NCBI GenBank assembly: GCA_041483455.1 | Contig: JBGPFS010000001.1 | Coordinates: 1 to 43,367 of the forward strand | Reading direction: 5' to 3' | DNA: 43,367 nucleotides | Source: Candidatus Limnocylindria bacterium | GTDB lineage: Bacteria; Chloroflexota; Limnocylindria; Limnocylindrales; CSP1-4 | In this document: one piece after another, positions 34,901 through 42,796 of the stretch | Position numbering within the stretch: position 1 is the first letter of the stretch | How the letters are laid out: the number at the start of each line of letters is the position of its first letter | The notes under the pieces: model-generated | What the model saw: the letters and a program-made list of their open reading frames with translations, nothing else | Database searches by the model: none | What the model was told of the DNA's origin: nothing | Made by a program: the position numbers and the translations under genes

Positions 34901-35305
34901 CGATTGCTCGGTCTGGCGGGCCGCATAGGTCAGGACGCGCTGCTTGCACAGGCTCACGAACTCGGCGACCCCGTGGTCCTCGATGTCGCGCTTGTTGGCC
35001 AGGCCGAGGTCCTTCTCGACGTTGACCTCGACCCACAGGCCCTGGCAGTCGAAGCCGTTCTGGTAGCGCTGATCCTCGCCCAGCATCGCGTGGAAGCGCT
35101 GGAAGAGGTCCTTGTAGGTCCGGCCCCAGGCGTGGTGGACGCCCATCGGGTTGTTCGCCGTGATCGGCCCGTCGAGGAAGCTCCAGCGCTCGCGGCCGGC
35201 GTTCTGGGCGCGCAGGCGGGCGAACGTCCGACGCTCGCGCCAGCGGGCGAGGAGCTCGTGCTCGCCCGCCACGAGGTCGGGCTTGGCGTTGACGGGTCGG
35301 AACAT
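31955..35305 (-). CDS. ileS: Isoleucine--tRNA ligase (type 2, long form)
   Basis: 1116 aa. FLDGPITANNPMGVHHAWGRTYKD (HIGH-class motif), CP1 editing region, zinc-type CWRCGTPL, and MHKSSGNAIE (KMSKS variant). Confidence 0.96.
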   Translation of the reverse strand: MFRPVNAKPDLVAGEHELLARWRERRTFARLRAQNAGRERWSFLDGPITANNPMGVHHAWGRTYKDLFQRFHAMLGEDQRYQNGFDCQGLWVEVNVEKDLGLANKRDIEDHGVAEFVSLCKQRVLTYAARQTEQSIRLGMWMDWNDPDELRRLRDLLAADPAQVATIEGPDGPVTDSVEMLVGRLGMPEVGGSYFTFSNENNDLIWGFLAECHRRGWLYKGHDTMPWCARCGTGLSQTEMTEGYRDREDPGLTLRLPLIDRPGESLLVWTTTPWTLTSNVAAAVGEKLTYVKVRQGTALYWLGKGTLKAALDVAGHGPFEVLEERPGTDLVGWRYEGPFDDLAAVRAAFAASDGRPAYQHRVVAWTEVGEEEGTGIVHIAPGCGAEDFALGRALGLPVLAPLDESGIFVEGFGPYTGRDVRDVAEPIVERLKHEHRFYRLETVNHRYPHCWRCGTPLVFRLVDEWYISMGEVYDRPRAELSADEVERSLRYQIMDVVDEIDWIPDFGYERELDWLLNMHDWMISKKRYWGLALPIYDCAACGTVTVVGGREELRERAVAGWAEFEGHTPHRPHVDAVRIACPDCGAQVARIPDVGNVWLDAGIVPFSTLHQREDPAYWAKWFPADFITESFPGQFRNWFYAMLAMSTVLGRHAPYRTIFGYATLLAEDGRPMHKSSGNAIEFDEAAERMGVDVMRWMFASARPEDNILFGWQAADEARRRLLILWNVYSFFATYARLVGWTPSGSSAPPPASRPPMDRWILSRIAGTAGRAEERLRAYDAYGASRAIEEAIDDLSTWYLRRSRKRFSRSDDPTDRDGAFATLHEALVGLVQTMAPILPFLTDGIWDNLVAAQDPSAPDSIHLSRWPAAELAAHRDPALETAMATARRAVELARTLRSAAGLKVRQPIARLWIALPGGSLLEREALLELIAEELNVKAVELIDDESDLVERRVKLLLPRVGKRLGAAIPALMSAAREGRFEILPDGRVTLAGVTLGADEVEILATPRPGTAVAHDEGLVVVIDTEITPELRAEGDARELQRAIQDLRREAELELDERIEVWLDPLPAALAPYLDAVAAEVLADGIGAGAGAGRTASSIVELDAGPVAVVLRRRSGDR

Positions 35306-35380
35306 CGGGCCTCGGCTGGTCGTCTCGGCTGGACCGCGGGCCGACCGGCGGCCACTGCGGCGGTGAACGAGAGGTCCGAG

Positions 35381-35387
35381 TATCCTA
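35381..35387. promoter_or_regulatory. Symmetric -10 box TATCCTA shared by the LCP gene (+, TATCCT, 7 nt before its ATG) and ileS (-, TAGGAT)
   Basis: Plus strand reads gagTATCCTAcccgcgATG. The reverse complement of 35382-35387 is TAGGAT, about 75 nt upstream of the ileS ATG. It is the only AT-rich element in the 88-bp divergent spacer. Confidence 0.45.
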
Positions 35388-35393
35388 CCCGCG

Positions 35394-37166
35394 ATGCAGA
35401 CGCCGCAGGAAACGCCCCCGCGCCGTCGATCGGCCTTCGGCGCCGCGTTCCTCAGCCTCCTGTTCCCCGGCCTCGGCCACGCCTACGCGGGCGCCCCGGC
35501 CCGGGCCCTCGGCTTCGCGGCCGGGCCGGTCCTCCTCCTCGCGCTCGCCGGCGGGCTCGCGCTCAGTTCCGGCCTGGGCTTCCTCGCCTTCCTGGCCGCG
35601 AACCTCGGGGCGCTCCTCGTGGGCAACCTCGTCGTCCTCGGCTACCGGCTGGCGGCGGCGGTCGATGCGTACCGGGTCGTGGCCTACCTGAACGCCCTCC
35701 GAGCTTCGGGCGGCGGGCGGTTCGGACGACCGAGCCTCCGGCTCGAGCCGCTCTCGATCGCCGGCCTGGCTGCCGTCTGCCTGGTCATCGCGGGTTCCCA
35801 TGCCGTCGTCGCGAAGTACGGCGGCCAGGCCCAGGACCTCTTCAGCTGCGTCCGCGACGCGAACTGCGAAGCCGGCGCTGGCACGGCCGCGTCGCCGTCC
35901 CCCGGGCCGGGCGGTTCAGGTGCCCCGACCGCCGTGCTGCCGCCACTCGGGACGCCGCTGCCCACGGTCGCGCCGGCGACCTGGAACGGCAAGGAACGCC
36001 TGAACATCCTCCTGATCGGGGCGGATCAGCGACCGAATGACGACACCTTCAACACGGACACCCTCATCGTCGTGTCGATCGATCCGGTCACCCGCCAGGT
36101 GGCGATGTTCAGCCTGCCCCGTGACACGGTCGACGTCCCGCTCCCGCCCGGTCCCGCCCAGCGCGTCTTCGGATCCGTCTACGCGGGCAAGATCAACAGC
36201 CTCTGGACGAACGCCCGCCATCGCTCGGACGCCTTCCCCGGGACCGACCGGGAGCGCGGCTACATCGCCCTCAAGCAGGCGCTCGGGACGCTCTACGGCC
36301 TCGACATCCAGTACTACGTATCGGTCAATTTCGACGGCTTCCGGAAGGTCGTCGACACCCTCGGTGGCGTCACGGTCAACGTGCAGACCCCGGTCCTCGA
36401 CGACCAGTACCCGGCCGACGACGGGAGCGACCTGCGGGTCTACATCCCGGCCGGGGTCCAGCACATGACCGGCGCCCAGGCGCTGGTCTACGCCCGTTCG
36501 CGCCACACCTCGAGCGACTTCGACCGGGCCGAGCGGCAGCAGCGGGTCATCGTCTCGCTCCGCCAGCAGGCCGACCCGGCCCGGATCCTGGCCAACCTCC
36601 AGGGCCTCATCGACGACCTCAAGCTCGCGATCAAGACCGACCTGCCCCTCGAGAAGCTCCCCCAGCTCATCGCTCTTTCGAGCGGGATGGACAGCAACGC
36701 GATCCACTCGTACGTCTTCACGCCGCCCCGCTACGCCACCGAGGGCACCGACGCCCGGGGCTACGTCGTGGAGCCGAACGTCGTCCGGATCCGCCAGGCC
36801 GTCGCGGACGCGTTCAAGGTCGACCCCAAGGCCCAGGCGCAGCAGGACAAGGTCGCCACCGAGAACGCGACGGTGTGGGTCGTCAACGGCAGCGGCCAGG
36901 AGGGCCAGGCCGGTCGGCTGGCGACGTACCTCGAGTACCTGGGGATGACGGCCACCGCGCCGAACCAGCGTCCGGACGCGTCCGCGGTGACGTCCCGGAT
37001 CGTCGTCTACAACGGCCGCGAGGCGGCCCTGCCGGCCACCGTCGCCCTGCTCGAGCAGACCCTCGGCGTCACCGCCGTTCTGCGCGCCGATCCGGCGGTC
37101 CGGGTGGACATCATCGTCACGACCGGCCGTTCGACCCCCGACCTGACACCGCCCCCGGGTCCCTGA
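35394..37166 (+). CDS. LytR-CpsA-Psr (LCP) family cell-envelope glycopolymer transferase with N-terminal multi-TM region and C-terminal LytR_C domain
   Basis: ERLNILLIGADQR...DTLIVVSIDP...VAMFSLPRDT...VNFDGFRKVVDTLGGV...GAQALVYARSRH...SDFDRAERQQRV is the LCP catalytic domain. The C-terminal VWVVNGSGQEGQAGRLATYLE...IVV is LytR_C-like. Confidence 0.9.
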   Translation: MQTPQETPPRRRSAFGAAFLSLLFPGLGHAYAGAPARALGFAAGPVLLLALAGGLALSSGLGFLAFLAANLGALLVGNLVVLGYRLAAAVDAYRVVAYLNALRASGGGRFGRPSLRLEPLSIAGLAAVCLVIAGSHAVVAKYGGQAQDLFSCVRDANCEAGAGTAASPSPGPGGSGAPTAVLPPLGTPLPTVAPATWNGKERLNILLIGADQRPNDDTFNTDTLIVVSIDPVTRQVAMFSLPRDTVDVPLPPGPAQRVFGSVYAGKINSLWTNARHRSDAFPGTDRERGYIALKQALGTLYGLDIQYYVSVNFDGFRKVVDTLGGVTVNVQTPVLDDQYPADDGSDLRVYIPAGVQHMTGAQALVYARSRHTSSDFDRAERQQRVIVSLRQQADPARILANLQGLIDDLKLAIKTDLPLEKLPQLIALSSGMDSNAIHSYVFTPPRYATEGTDARGYVVEPNVVRIRQAVADAFKVDPKAQAQQDKVATENATVWVVNGSGQEGQAGRLATYLEYLGMTATAPNQRPDASAVTSRIVVYNGREAALPATVALLEQTLGVTAVLRADPAVRVDIIVTTGRSTPDLTPPPGP

Positions 37167-37203
37167 CCGCCGGCTCAGCGGCGCGCGGTCCGGATGGGTC
37201 GGG

Positions 37204-38958
37204 TCAGACTTTCTCGGTCACCCGGTACTCCAGGTAGCGCCCTGCCATCAATCGGGTCTGGGCGTCGAGAGCGGGCAGGTTGCTGAAGACGAGGCCCACC
37301 AGCGGCAGGGTGACCCACTGGAGGTACGACGCGAGACGCCGGCCCGCCCCCCACTCCGCCGGTCGTGGCGGCGCGAGCTGCTCCTCGACGAAGACGAGGA
37401 CGAGCAGGCAGCAGAACGCTCCGGTCAGCAGCCAGGCCGCGTACAGCGGCAGGTTCTGGCCCAGGGTCGTCCGGGCGAAGGCGGGATTGATCAGGAGCGG
37501 CAGGTTCGACCCGAAGATGATCACGAACGGCGCGATCGCCCAGTTGATGTGGTCGAGCCAGAGGTCGACCAGGCGCCGGATCCGGCGCCCGCGCGCGATC
37601 TCGTGATGGCGGAACGCCTGGTCGATGTAGTACGGGATATCGGTGATCCCCCAGGCCCAGCGACGGATCTGGGTGTACTGCTGGACGAGCGTCCGCGGGT
37701 AGGAGCGGGCGCGCACGGCGTCGCCGTACATCGGGATGAACAAGGGCACCGCTCGGAACTCGCCGCTGTAGCGGAAGAAGCTCTTCCAGTAGAAGCGGCT
37801 GTCCTCGGGGATGGCGTCCGTGGCCCAGTAGTCGACTTCGTGGACGGTCTGGAGGCTGACCGCGTAGGAGCTGAATGAGACGAGCTTCTCGGGCGTGAGC
37901 GAGCGCCACATCTGGACGTGGGTCGCGCCCACCGCCACGAGCCGGACCGGGATCGGGACCTGCCACAGGTTGTTGTGGAACATCGGGACCGGCTGGTAGA
38001 GCCGCCGGAAGCGGTCCGGGTCCGTCAGGAACGTGTGGCTGAGGTAGCCGAAGTACTGGGGGTGGACCCGGTAGTCCGAATCGAGGTCGGTGACCACGAC
38101 CTCGCGAGGGTCGAACCCGAGCCGGACGATCTCGCGGTAGAGCCAGCGTCCGCCGTAGGCCATCGCCGAGCTCTTGCCGACCACGATCCCGGGCTCGAGG
38201 GGATCCAGGATGTGGAAGAAGTGGAGGAAGCGCGACCCGAACAGCTCGCGCAGCCTGGCCACGTTCTCGCGGCCCTCAAGGTCCGTCTCCCGGGTGATGA
38301 TCGCGATCATCCGGCGGTCCGCCGGATGATCCGTCTCGGCCAGGGCGCGGACCGTCTCGTAGAGCTTCTCGAACGGTTCCGTGTAGGTCGGGATGAGCGC
38401 CACGTGCCAGAGCCGGCGAGGATCGCCGAGCGGCTCGCCGCGCCGGGCGCGCAGCCGCTCCAGGTCCAGGCGTTCGTCCTCGAGCCGGGCGTATTGACGC
38501 CGCCCCCCGTGCGCCGCAAGGCGCTCGCCGGCCCGCTCCAGCTCCCGGACCCGGGTCAGGATCCGGGGGGCCAGGCGCTCGATGGCGGCCAGCCGGCCGT
38601 CGATATCGGAGAGGGCGAAGGCGCGGGTCCGCCAGTCGCCGGCGATGACGCGCCGGATCCGGCCGAAGGTGACGGTGACGCTCGCGGTCAGCACGACCGC
38701 CTTGTAGAACCAGTAGAAGTCGAAGCTCAGCACGAACCAGGCCACGACCCCGGGGAACCGGAACGAGAGGACGACGGGGCTCAGGATCAGGAGCCAGGTG
38801 ACCAGGCCGGGCGCGACCTCGAGAGCGCGCCCGACGATCCGGGCCCGGACGGGGTCCGCCGGCGCCTCGACCGGCGGTCGCGAAGCCGAGGAGTCCGCGC
38901 CGGGCTGTGGCTCCGCCTCGACGACCGTCACCGGGCCGGCGACGGTCGTCTCAGGCAC
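37204..38958 (-). CDS. Membrane-embedded family-2 glycosyltransferase, processive (QxxRW) type
   Basis: 584 aa. N-terminal TM pair, Arg/Glu-rich helical linker, then a GT-A core with VVTDLDSDY (DxD), AIPEDSRFYW (ED) and QYTQIRRWAWG (Q(R/Q)xRW), followed by C-terminal TM helices. The GTG start overlaps the ilvE stop by 8 nt. Confidence 0.85.
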   Translation of the reverse strand: MPETTVAGPVTVVEAEPQPGADSSASRPPVEAPADPVRARIVGRALEVAPGLVTWLLILSPVVLSFRFPGVVAWFVLSFDFYWFYKAVVLTASVTVTFGRIRRVIAGDWRTRAFALSDIDGRLAAIERLAPRILTRVRELERAGERLAAHGGRRQYARLEDERLDLERLRARRGEPLGDPRRLWHVALIPTYTEPFEKLYETVRALAETDHPADRRMIAIITRETDLEGRENVARLRELFGSRFLHFFHILDPLEPGIVVGKSSAMAYGGRWLYREIVRLGFDPREVVVTDLDSDYRVHPQYFGYLSHTFLTDPDRFRRLYQPVPMFHNNLWQVPIPVRLVAVGATHVQMWRSLTPEKLVSFSSYAVSLQTVHEVDYWATDAIPEDSRFYWKSFFRYSGEFRAVPLFIPMYGDAVRARSYPRTLVQQYTQIRRWAWGITDIPYYIDQAFRHHEIARGRRIRRLVDLWLDHINWAIAPFVIIFGSNLPLLINPAFARTTLGQNLPLYAAWLLTGAFCCLLVLVFVEEQLAPPRPAEWGAGRRLASYLQWVTLPLVGLVFSNLPALDAQTRLMAGRYLEYRVTEKV

Positions 38959-39940
38959 CCTCGCCGATCGGGGTCAGCCAGTGGGCGTACTGGGGCAGGC
39001 GCCCGCGAACGGCATCGAAGTACGTCGCCCGGATCCGGGTGGCGATCGGGCCCACGCCGCCGGTCCCGACCGGCCGATGATCGACCTCGACCACCGGCGA
39101 CACCTGGACGCCGGTGCCGCACATGAAGATCTCGTCCGCCACGTACAGCTCCGAGCGGTCGATCGAGCGGACCTCGGTCGGGAACCCCAGGTCCGCGGCC
39201 AGCTCGAGGATCGCCAGTCGGGTCACGCCCTCGAGGATGTCGTCGCTGACCGGTGGAGTGAGGACCACCCCGTCGCGGACCACGAACAGGTTGGCGGCGG
39301 AACCCTCGGAGGCGTGCCCATCCGGGGTCAGGACGATCGCCTCGTCGAAGCCGTTGAGCTCGGCCTCGGTCTTCTGGAAGGCCATGTTGACGTAGCCGCC
39401 GACGATCTTGCCGCGGGCCGGGATCGCCTCGTCGGCATTGCGCCGCCAGGACGAGGTCATCACCCGGATCCCGTGTTCGGTGTCGATGTAGTTCCCGAAC
39501 GGGAGCGTCACGATGTAGAGCTCGTGGTCGAGGTGGTGGAGCCGGACGCCGATCGTCCGGGTGCTCTTGTAGAGCGACGGCCGGATGTAGGCGTCCTCGC
39601 GGAACCCGTTCCGGCGGACCGTCTCGAGGATGAGCCCGCTGAGCTCATCGACGGTCGGGAGCCCGTCCATCAGCAGGATCCGGGCATTCGCCAGGAGCCG
39701 CGTGGCGTGCTCGCGCACCTTCAGCCCGTACAGGACCCCCTGGTCGGGATTCCAGTAGGCCCGGATCCCCTCGAAGTTCGCCGTCCCGTACATGAACGCG
39801 TGGGTCATGACGCTGACCTTCGCGTCGCGGAGGGCGACGAAGCCGCCCTCGAAATAGCAGATGAGACGGTCGAGGTCGGGGGTCGCGGAGGCCGCGGACG
39901 GGGTCGGGGCGACGGTTCCGGCTGGCTGCTGGGAGATCAT
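38951..39940 (-). CDS. ilvE: Branched-chain amino acid aminotransferase
   Basis: MISQQPAG...THAFMYGTANFEGIRAY...YIRPSLY...ARGKIVGGYVNMAFQKTEA...EGSAANLFVV...GVTRLAILELA...EIFMCGTGVQVSPVVEVD is the class IV aminotransferase pattern. ATG at 39940. Upstream track codons overlap the CaCA gene. Confidence 0.93.
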   Translation of the reverse strand: MISQQPAGTVAPTPSAASATPDLDRLICYFEGGFVALRDAKVSVMTHAFMYGTANFEGIRAYWNPDQGVLYGLKVREHATRLLANARILLMDGLPTVDELSGLILETVRRNGFREDAYIRPSLYKSTRTIGVRLHHLDHELYIVTLPFGNYIDTEHGIRVMTSSWRRNADEAIPARGKIVGGYVNMAFQKTEAELNGFDEAIVLTPDGHASEGSAANLFVVRDGVVLTPPVSDDILEGVTRLAILELAADLGFPTEVRSIDRSELYVADEIFMCGTGVQVSPVVEVDHRPVGTGGVGPIATRIRATYFDAVRGRLPQYAHWLTPIGEGA

Positions 39941-40009
39941 CTGGCGACGGCTCCTGGGTCGGTGTCGCGCGGCGACGGGCGTCGCGCGGGCTCGTCGAGG
40001 CTGGCTCGG

Positions 40010-40015
40010 AGTATA
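40010..40015 (-). promoter_or_regulatory. Putative -10 box TATACT upstream of ilvE
   Basis: Minus strand reads gcggTATACTccgag, about 70 nt upstream of the ilvE ATG. AGGAG lies 10 nt before the ATG. Confidence 0.35.
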
Positions 40016-40044
40016 CCGCGCTCCCTCGGCCGCTCCGGCCGCGG

Positions 40045-41097
40045 TCAGTGAGCGGCCATGGTCAGCACGACCGCGCCGAGCTCGACCAGGTAGAAGGCGC
40101 CGCCGATCAGGAGCGAGCGGGCGTCGAGCGCGCCGCGCCGCAGCGATGGCCCGAAGATGAACGCCGTCGAGACCAGGGCGACCCCCGCCGACAGGAACGC
40201 GATGCGCGACTCCTGCCCCACGGCCCACGAACCGGCGGCGAAGACCAGGGCCACGGAGGTCGGGATGGCGCTCTGGAAGACCATCGCCCCGGTGATGTTG
40301 CCCAGCGCCAGCGTGTCCTTGCCCTGGCGGACCCACAGGACGCTGTTCAGCTTCTCTGGCAGCTCGGTCGCGATCGGGGCGATGACCAGGGCCAGCAGGA
40401 CGTCGTCGAGGCCGAGCCCGCTGGCCAGCCGATCGACCGCCCCGACGAACAGGTAGGCACCCCCCACGATCGCCACCAGGGAGACCGCCAGCTGGGCCTG
40501 GATGGCGTGCAGGCCCGGACTGTCGGGGTGGTCGTCGCCGCGCCGGTCCAGGCGCCGGAAGCGGAGCGGGAGCAGATCCGGTTCGCGGTCCGGAGCGTCC
40601 GCGCGAAGGTGGCCCCGGACGTACCAGGCATAGCCGGCGACGAGCGCCGCGGCGACCGCCCAGCGCGGCCAGAGCAGGTCGGCCGGCAGGAAGGCGACGC
40701 CGATCGCCGGGATGTACATGGCCGCGAACACCCGCAGGTCCTGGACGAGCACGGCCGGGTCGACGGCCATCCGGGACCCTGATGGCCGGCGGGCAGCCAT
40801 CAGCAGGGCCGCCAGCCCGGTGACGAACATGGCCAGGGTGGCCAGCATGAAGGGAGCGCCCAGGATCGCGCCGATCCCGATGTCGGTCCCGGCAGAACCG
40901 CCCGCGACGAGGATCGCGATCAGCGGGATCATCGTCTCGGGCAGGGCCGTTCCGACCGCCGCGAGAACGGACCCGACCGCGCCGTCGCCCAGGCCGTGCC
41001 GGTGCCCGAACCACTCGATCCCGTTCGTGAACAGCTCGGCGCCGAAGAGGATCACCGCGAAGGCGACGACCAGCAGGACGATGTCGCCTGGCGTCAT
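40045..41097 (-). CDS. Sodium/calcium exchanger (CaCA/YrbG-type) membrane protein
   Basis: 350 aa with about 10 TM segments and two alpha-repeat motifs, GSVLAAVGTALPET and APIATELPEKLNS...GNITGAMVFQ. Confidence 0.85.
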   Translation of the reverse strand: MTPGDIVLLVVAFAVILFGAELFTNGIEWFGHRHGLGDGAVGSVLAAVGTALPETMIPLIAILVAGGSAGTDIGIGAILGAPFMLATLAMFVTGLAALLMAARRPSGSRMAVDPAVLVQDLRVFAAMYIPAIGVAFLPADLLWPRWAVAAALVAGYAWYVRGHLRADAPDREPDLLPLRFRRLDRRGDDHPDSPGLHAIQAQLAVSLVAIVGGAYLFVGAVDRLASGLGLDDVLLALVIAPIATELPEKLNSVLWVRQGKDTLALGNITGAMVFQSAIPTSVALVFAAGSWAVGQESRIAFLSAGVALVSTAFIFGPSLRRGALDARSLLIGGAFYLVELGAVVLTMAAH

Positions 41098-41099
41098 CG

Positions 41100-41516
41100 T
41101 CAGATCCCGATGAGGCCCACGGCGACGCTGGCGGCGATCACGCTCAGGATCGCCGCCGCGATCACGGCCATCCTCCGGTCGCCGGTCCGGAGGTAGCCGA
41201 CGAGCGAGGCGAGGACCCGGCTCGCCGGGGTGGCGACGACCGCCAGCAGGCCGAGCCAGACGAAGCCCTCCGGGCGGAGGGCGAGCACGTCGCCGGGCAG
41301 GCGCCCAGGATCGAATGCCGGGACGCTCGTCTCGAGCGCCGACCGGCCGTCGAGGAGCATCAGCAAGACCCCGATGCCCAGGATGGCGACGCTCAGGACG
41401 ATCGCCACCGCGAGCAGCCGCGCGATCGCGCGGTCGAGCGCGTCGGTCGGGCCGCGAGGCGCCTCCGATCCACGAAGCGCCTCCGATCCGCTGGGCCGCC
41501 CGCGAGTGCCGCTCAC
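41100..41516 (-). CDS. DUF1634-like small membrane protein (usual partner of TSUP/TauE transporters)
   Basis: 138 aa and 3-4 TM. GTGA overlap with the upstream TSUP gene. The family call is from remembered pairing and topology, not from a search. Confidence 0.65.
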   Translation of the reverse strand: MSGTRGRPSGSEALRGSEAPRGPTDALDRAIARLLAVAIVLSVAILGIGVLLMLLDGRSALETSVPAFDPGRLPGDVLALRPEGFVWLGLLAVVATPASRVLASLVGYLRTGDRRMAVIAAAILSVIAASVAVGLIGI

Positions 41517-42376
41517 CGGAGCGCTCGACCGACCATCTGCCAGGCAGTGAAGAGCATCACGACCACGAAGAGCCAGCGCAGGAGCCGCACGTCGACCCGG
41601 TGGGCGATCCTCGCCCCGACGGCCGCCCCCAGGTAGACCCCGACCGCCGTGGGGGCAGCGACGAACGGGTCGATCTGGCCGCGCAGGAGGTAGATGACCG
41701 CGCTCGCCGAGGCGGTCACCCCGATCATCAGGTTGCTCGTCGCGGTCGCCACCCGGAGCGGGACGCCCATGAGCAGGTGCATCACCGGGACCTTGACGAT
41801 CCCGCCGCCGATGCCCAGGAGCGCCGAGACGATCCCCGCGAACCCGCTCCCGAGGATGCCCCGCCCGAAGTTCCGAACGGTGTAGGGCGGGATGACCGCC
41901 GCCGCGGGCGCCCCTCCGCCACGCGCGATGCCGACGGCCCGAGGCCCTCCCGACGGCACCCCCGGCTGCTCGACGAGCGCCGGGCTGTCCGGGGCCGTCT
42001 CATCGGGGCCGGGCGCCGCCTCGCGCCGACGGCCCATCGAGACCGCGGTGTAGCCGAGGAGGAGCGCGAAGAGCCCGGCCAGGACGCGCTCGGCGATCAG
42101 GAACGCGACGAGCCCACCGACGAGCGCCCCGATCGCGGTGAACAGCTCGAGCGTCATCCCGAGCCGCAGGTTCGCCACATGGCGCTCCAGGTAGACGCTC
42201 GCGGAGGCCGAGCTGGTCACGATCACCGCCACCAGGCTCACCCCGACCGCCTCGCGGAGCGGCAGGCCGACGCCGAGGGTGAGCAACGGGACGAGGAGGA
42301 TCCCGCCGCCCAGGCCGAGGAGCGACCCGAAGACTCCCGCCGCGAGCCCGCCCGCGATGAGGACGCCGACGATCAT
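41513..42376 (-). CDS. TSUP (TauE/SafE, DUF81) family anion exporter
   Basis: Two 4-TM halves, each with the GxLxGxGGG motif (GSLLGLGGGILLVP and SALLGIGGGIVKVP), separated by a roughly 55-aa low-complexity loop. Confidence 0.88.
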   Translation of the reverse strand: MIVGVLIAGGLAAGVFGSLLGLGGGILLVPLLTLGVGLPLREAVGVSLVAVIVTSSASASVYLERHVANLRLGMTLELFTAIGALVGGLVAFLIAERVLAGLFALLLGYTAVSMGRRREAAPGPDETAPDSPALVEQPGVPSGGPRAVGIARGGGAPAAAVIPPYTVRNFGRGILGSGFAGIVSALLGIGGGIVKVPVMHLLMGVPLRVATATSNLMIGVTASASAVIYLLRGQIDPFVAAPTAVGVYLGAAVGARIAHRVDVRLLRWLFVVVMLFTAWQMVGRALR

Positions 42377-42386
42377 CGGTCGGGGC

Positions 42387-42408
42387 GGCGTCCCGGTACC
42401 GGGACGCC
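42387..42408. terminator. 22-nt perfect palindrome GGCGTCCCGGTACCGGGACGCC between rpsR and the TSUP gene
   Basis: Perfect inverted repeat of 10 bp arms around a central TA, ending 10 nt upstream of the TSUP ATG. No U-tract. Confidence 0.35.
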
Positions 42409-42428
42409 CCGGTCCGGAGCGGATCGGT

Positions 42429-42444
42429 CCCGGGTCATCCCGGG
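42429..42444. terminator. Short hairpin CCCGGG-tcat-CCCGGG directly after the rpsR stop
   Basis: 6-bp GC stem with a 4-nt loop, 1 nt downstream of the rpsR TGA (42446-42448). Confidence 0.3.
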
Positions 42445-42445
42445 T

Positions 42446-42718
42446 TCAGGGCCGGAGGTGCTGGGGCGCGTACGGCAGCAGGGCGACGTGACGTGCGCGC
42501 TTGAGCGCGACGGCCAGCTCGCGCTGATGGCCGGCGCAGGTGCCGGTCTTGCGGCGCGGTTCGATCTTCGCCCGCTCGGAGAGGTAGCGCCGGAGGCGGT
42601 TGACCTCCTTGTAATCGATCTGGACCGTCTTGTCCGCGCAGAAAGCGCAGACCTTCCGGCGGCGTCGATCGCGGTAGTAGTCGTCGCGCTTCTTCGACTT
42701 GCTTGCGGCGGGGGGCAT
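42446..42718 (-). CDS. rpsR: 30S ribosomal protein S18
   Basis: [64 protein letters not shown] is canonical S18. Confidence 0.96.
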   Translation of the reverse strand: MPPAASKSKKRDDYYRDRRRRKVCAFCADKTVQIDYKEVNRLRRYLSERAKIEPRRKTGTCAGHQRELAVALKRARHVALLPYAPQHLRP

Positions 42719-42796
42719 CGTTCGTGGTTCTCCCGGTGGATGTCGGTCTGGTGGTCGATGGGTCGGAGGGGCGAGTCGGTCGGGCCGGGCGAGTGG

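Noticed and set aside
35306-35393. T-box riboswitch upstream of ileS.
   Set aside because: The whole divergent spacer is 88 nt, far shorter than a T-box leader. I could find no specifier or antiterminator arrangement and no T-box consensus.
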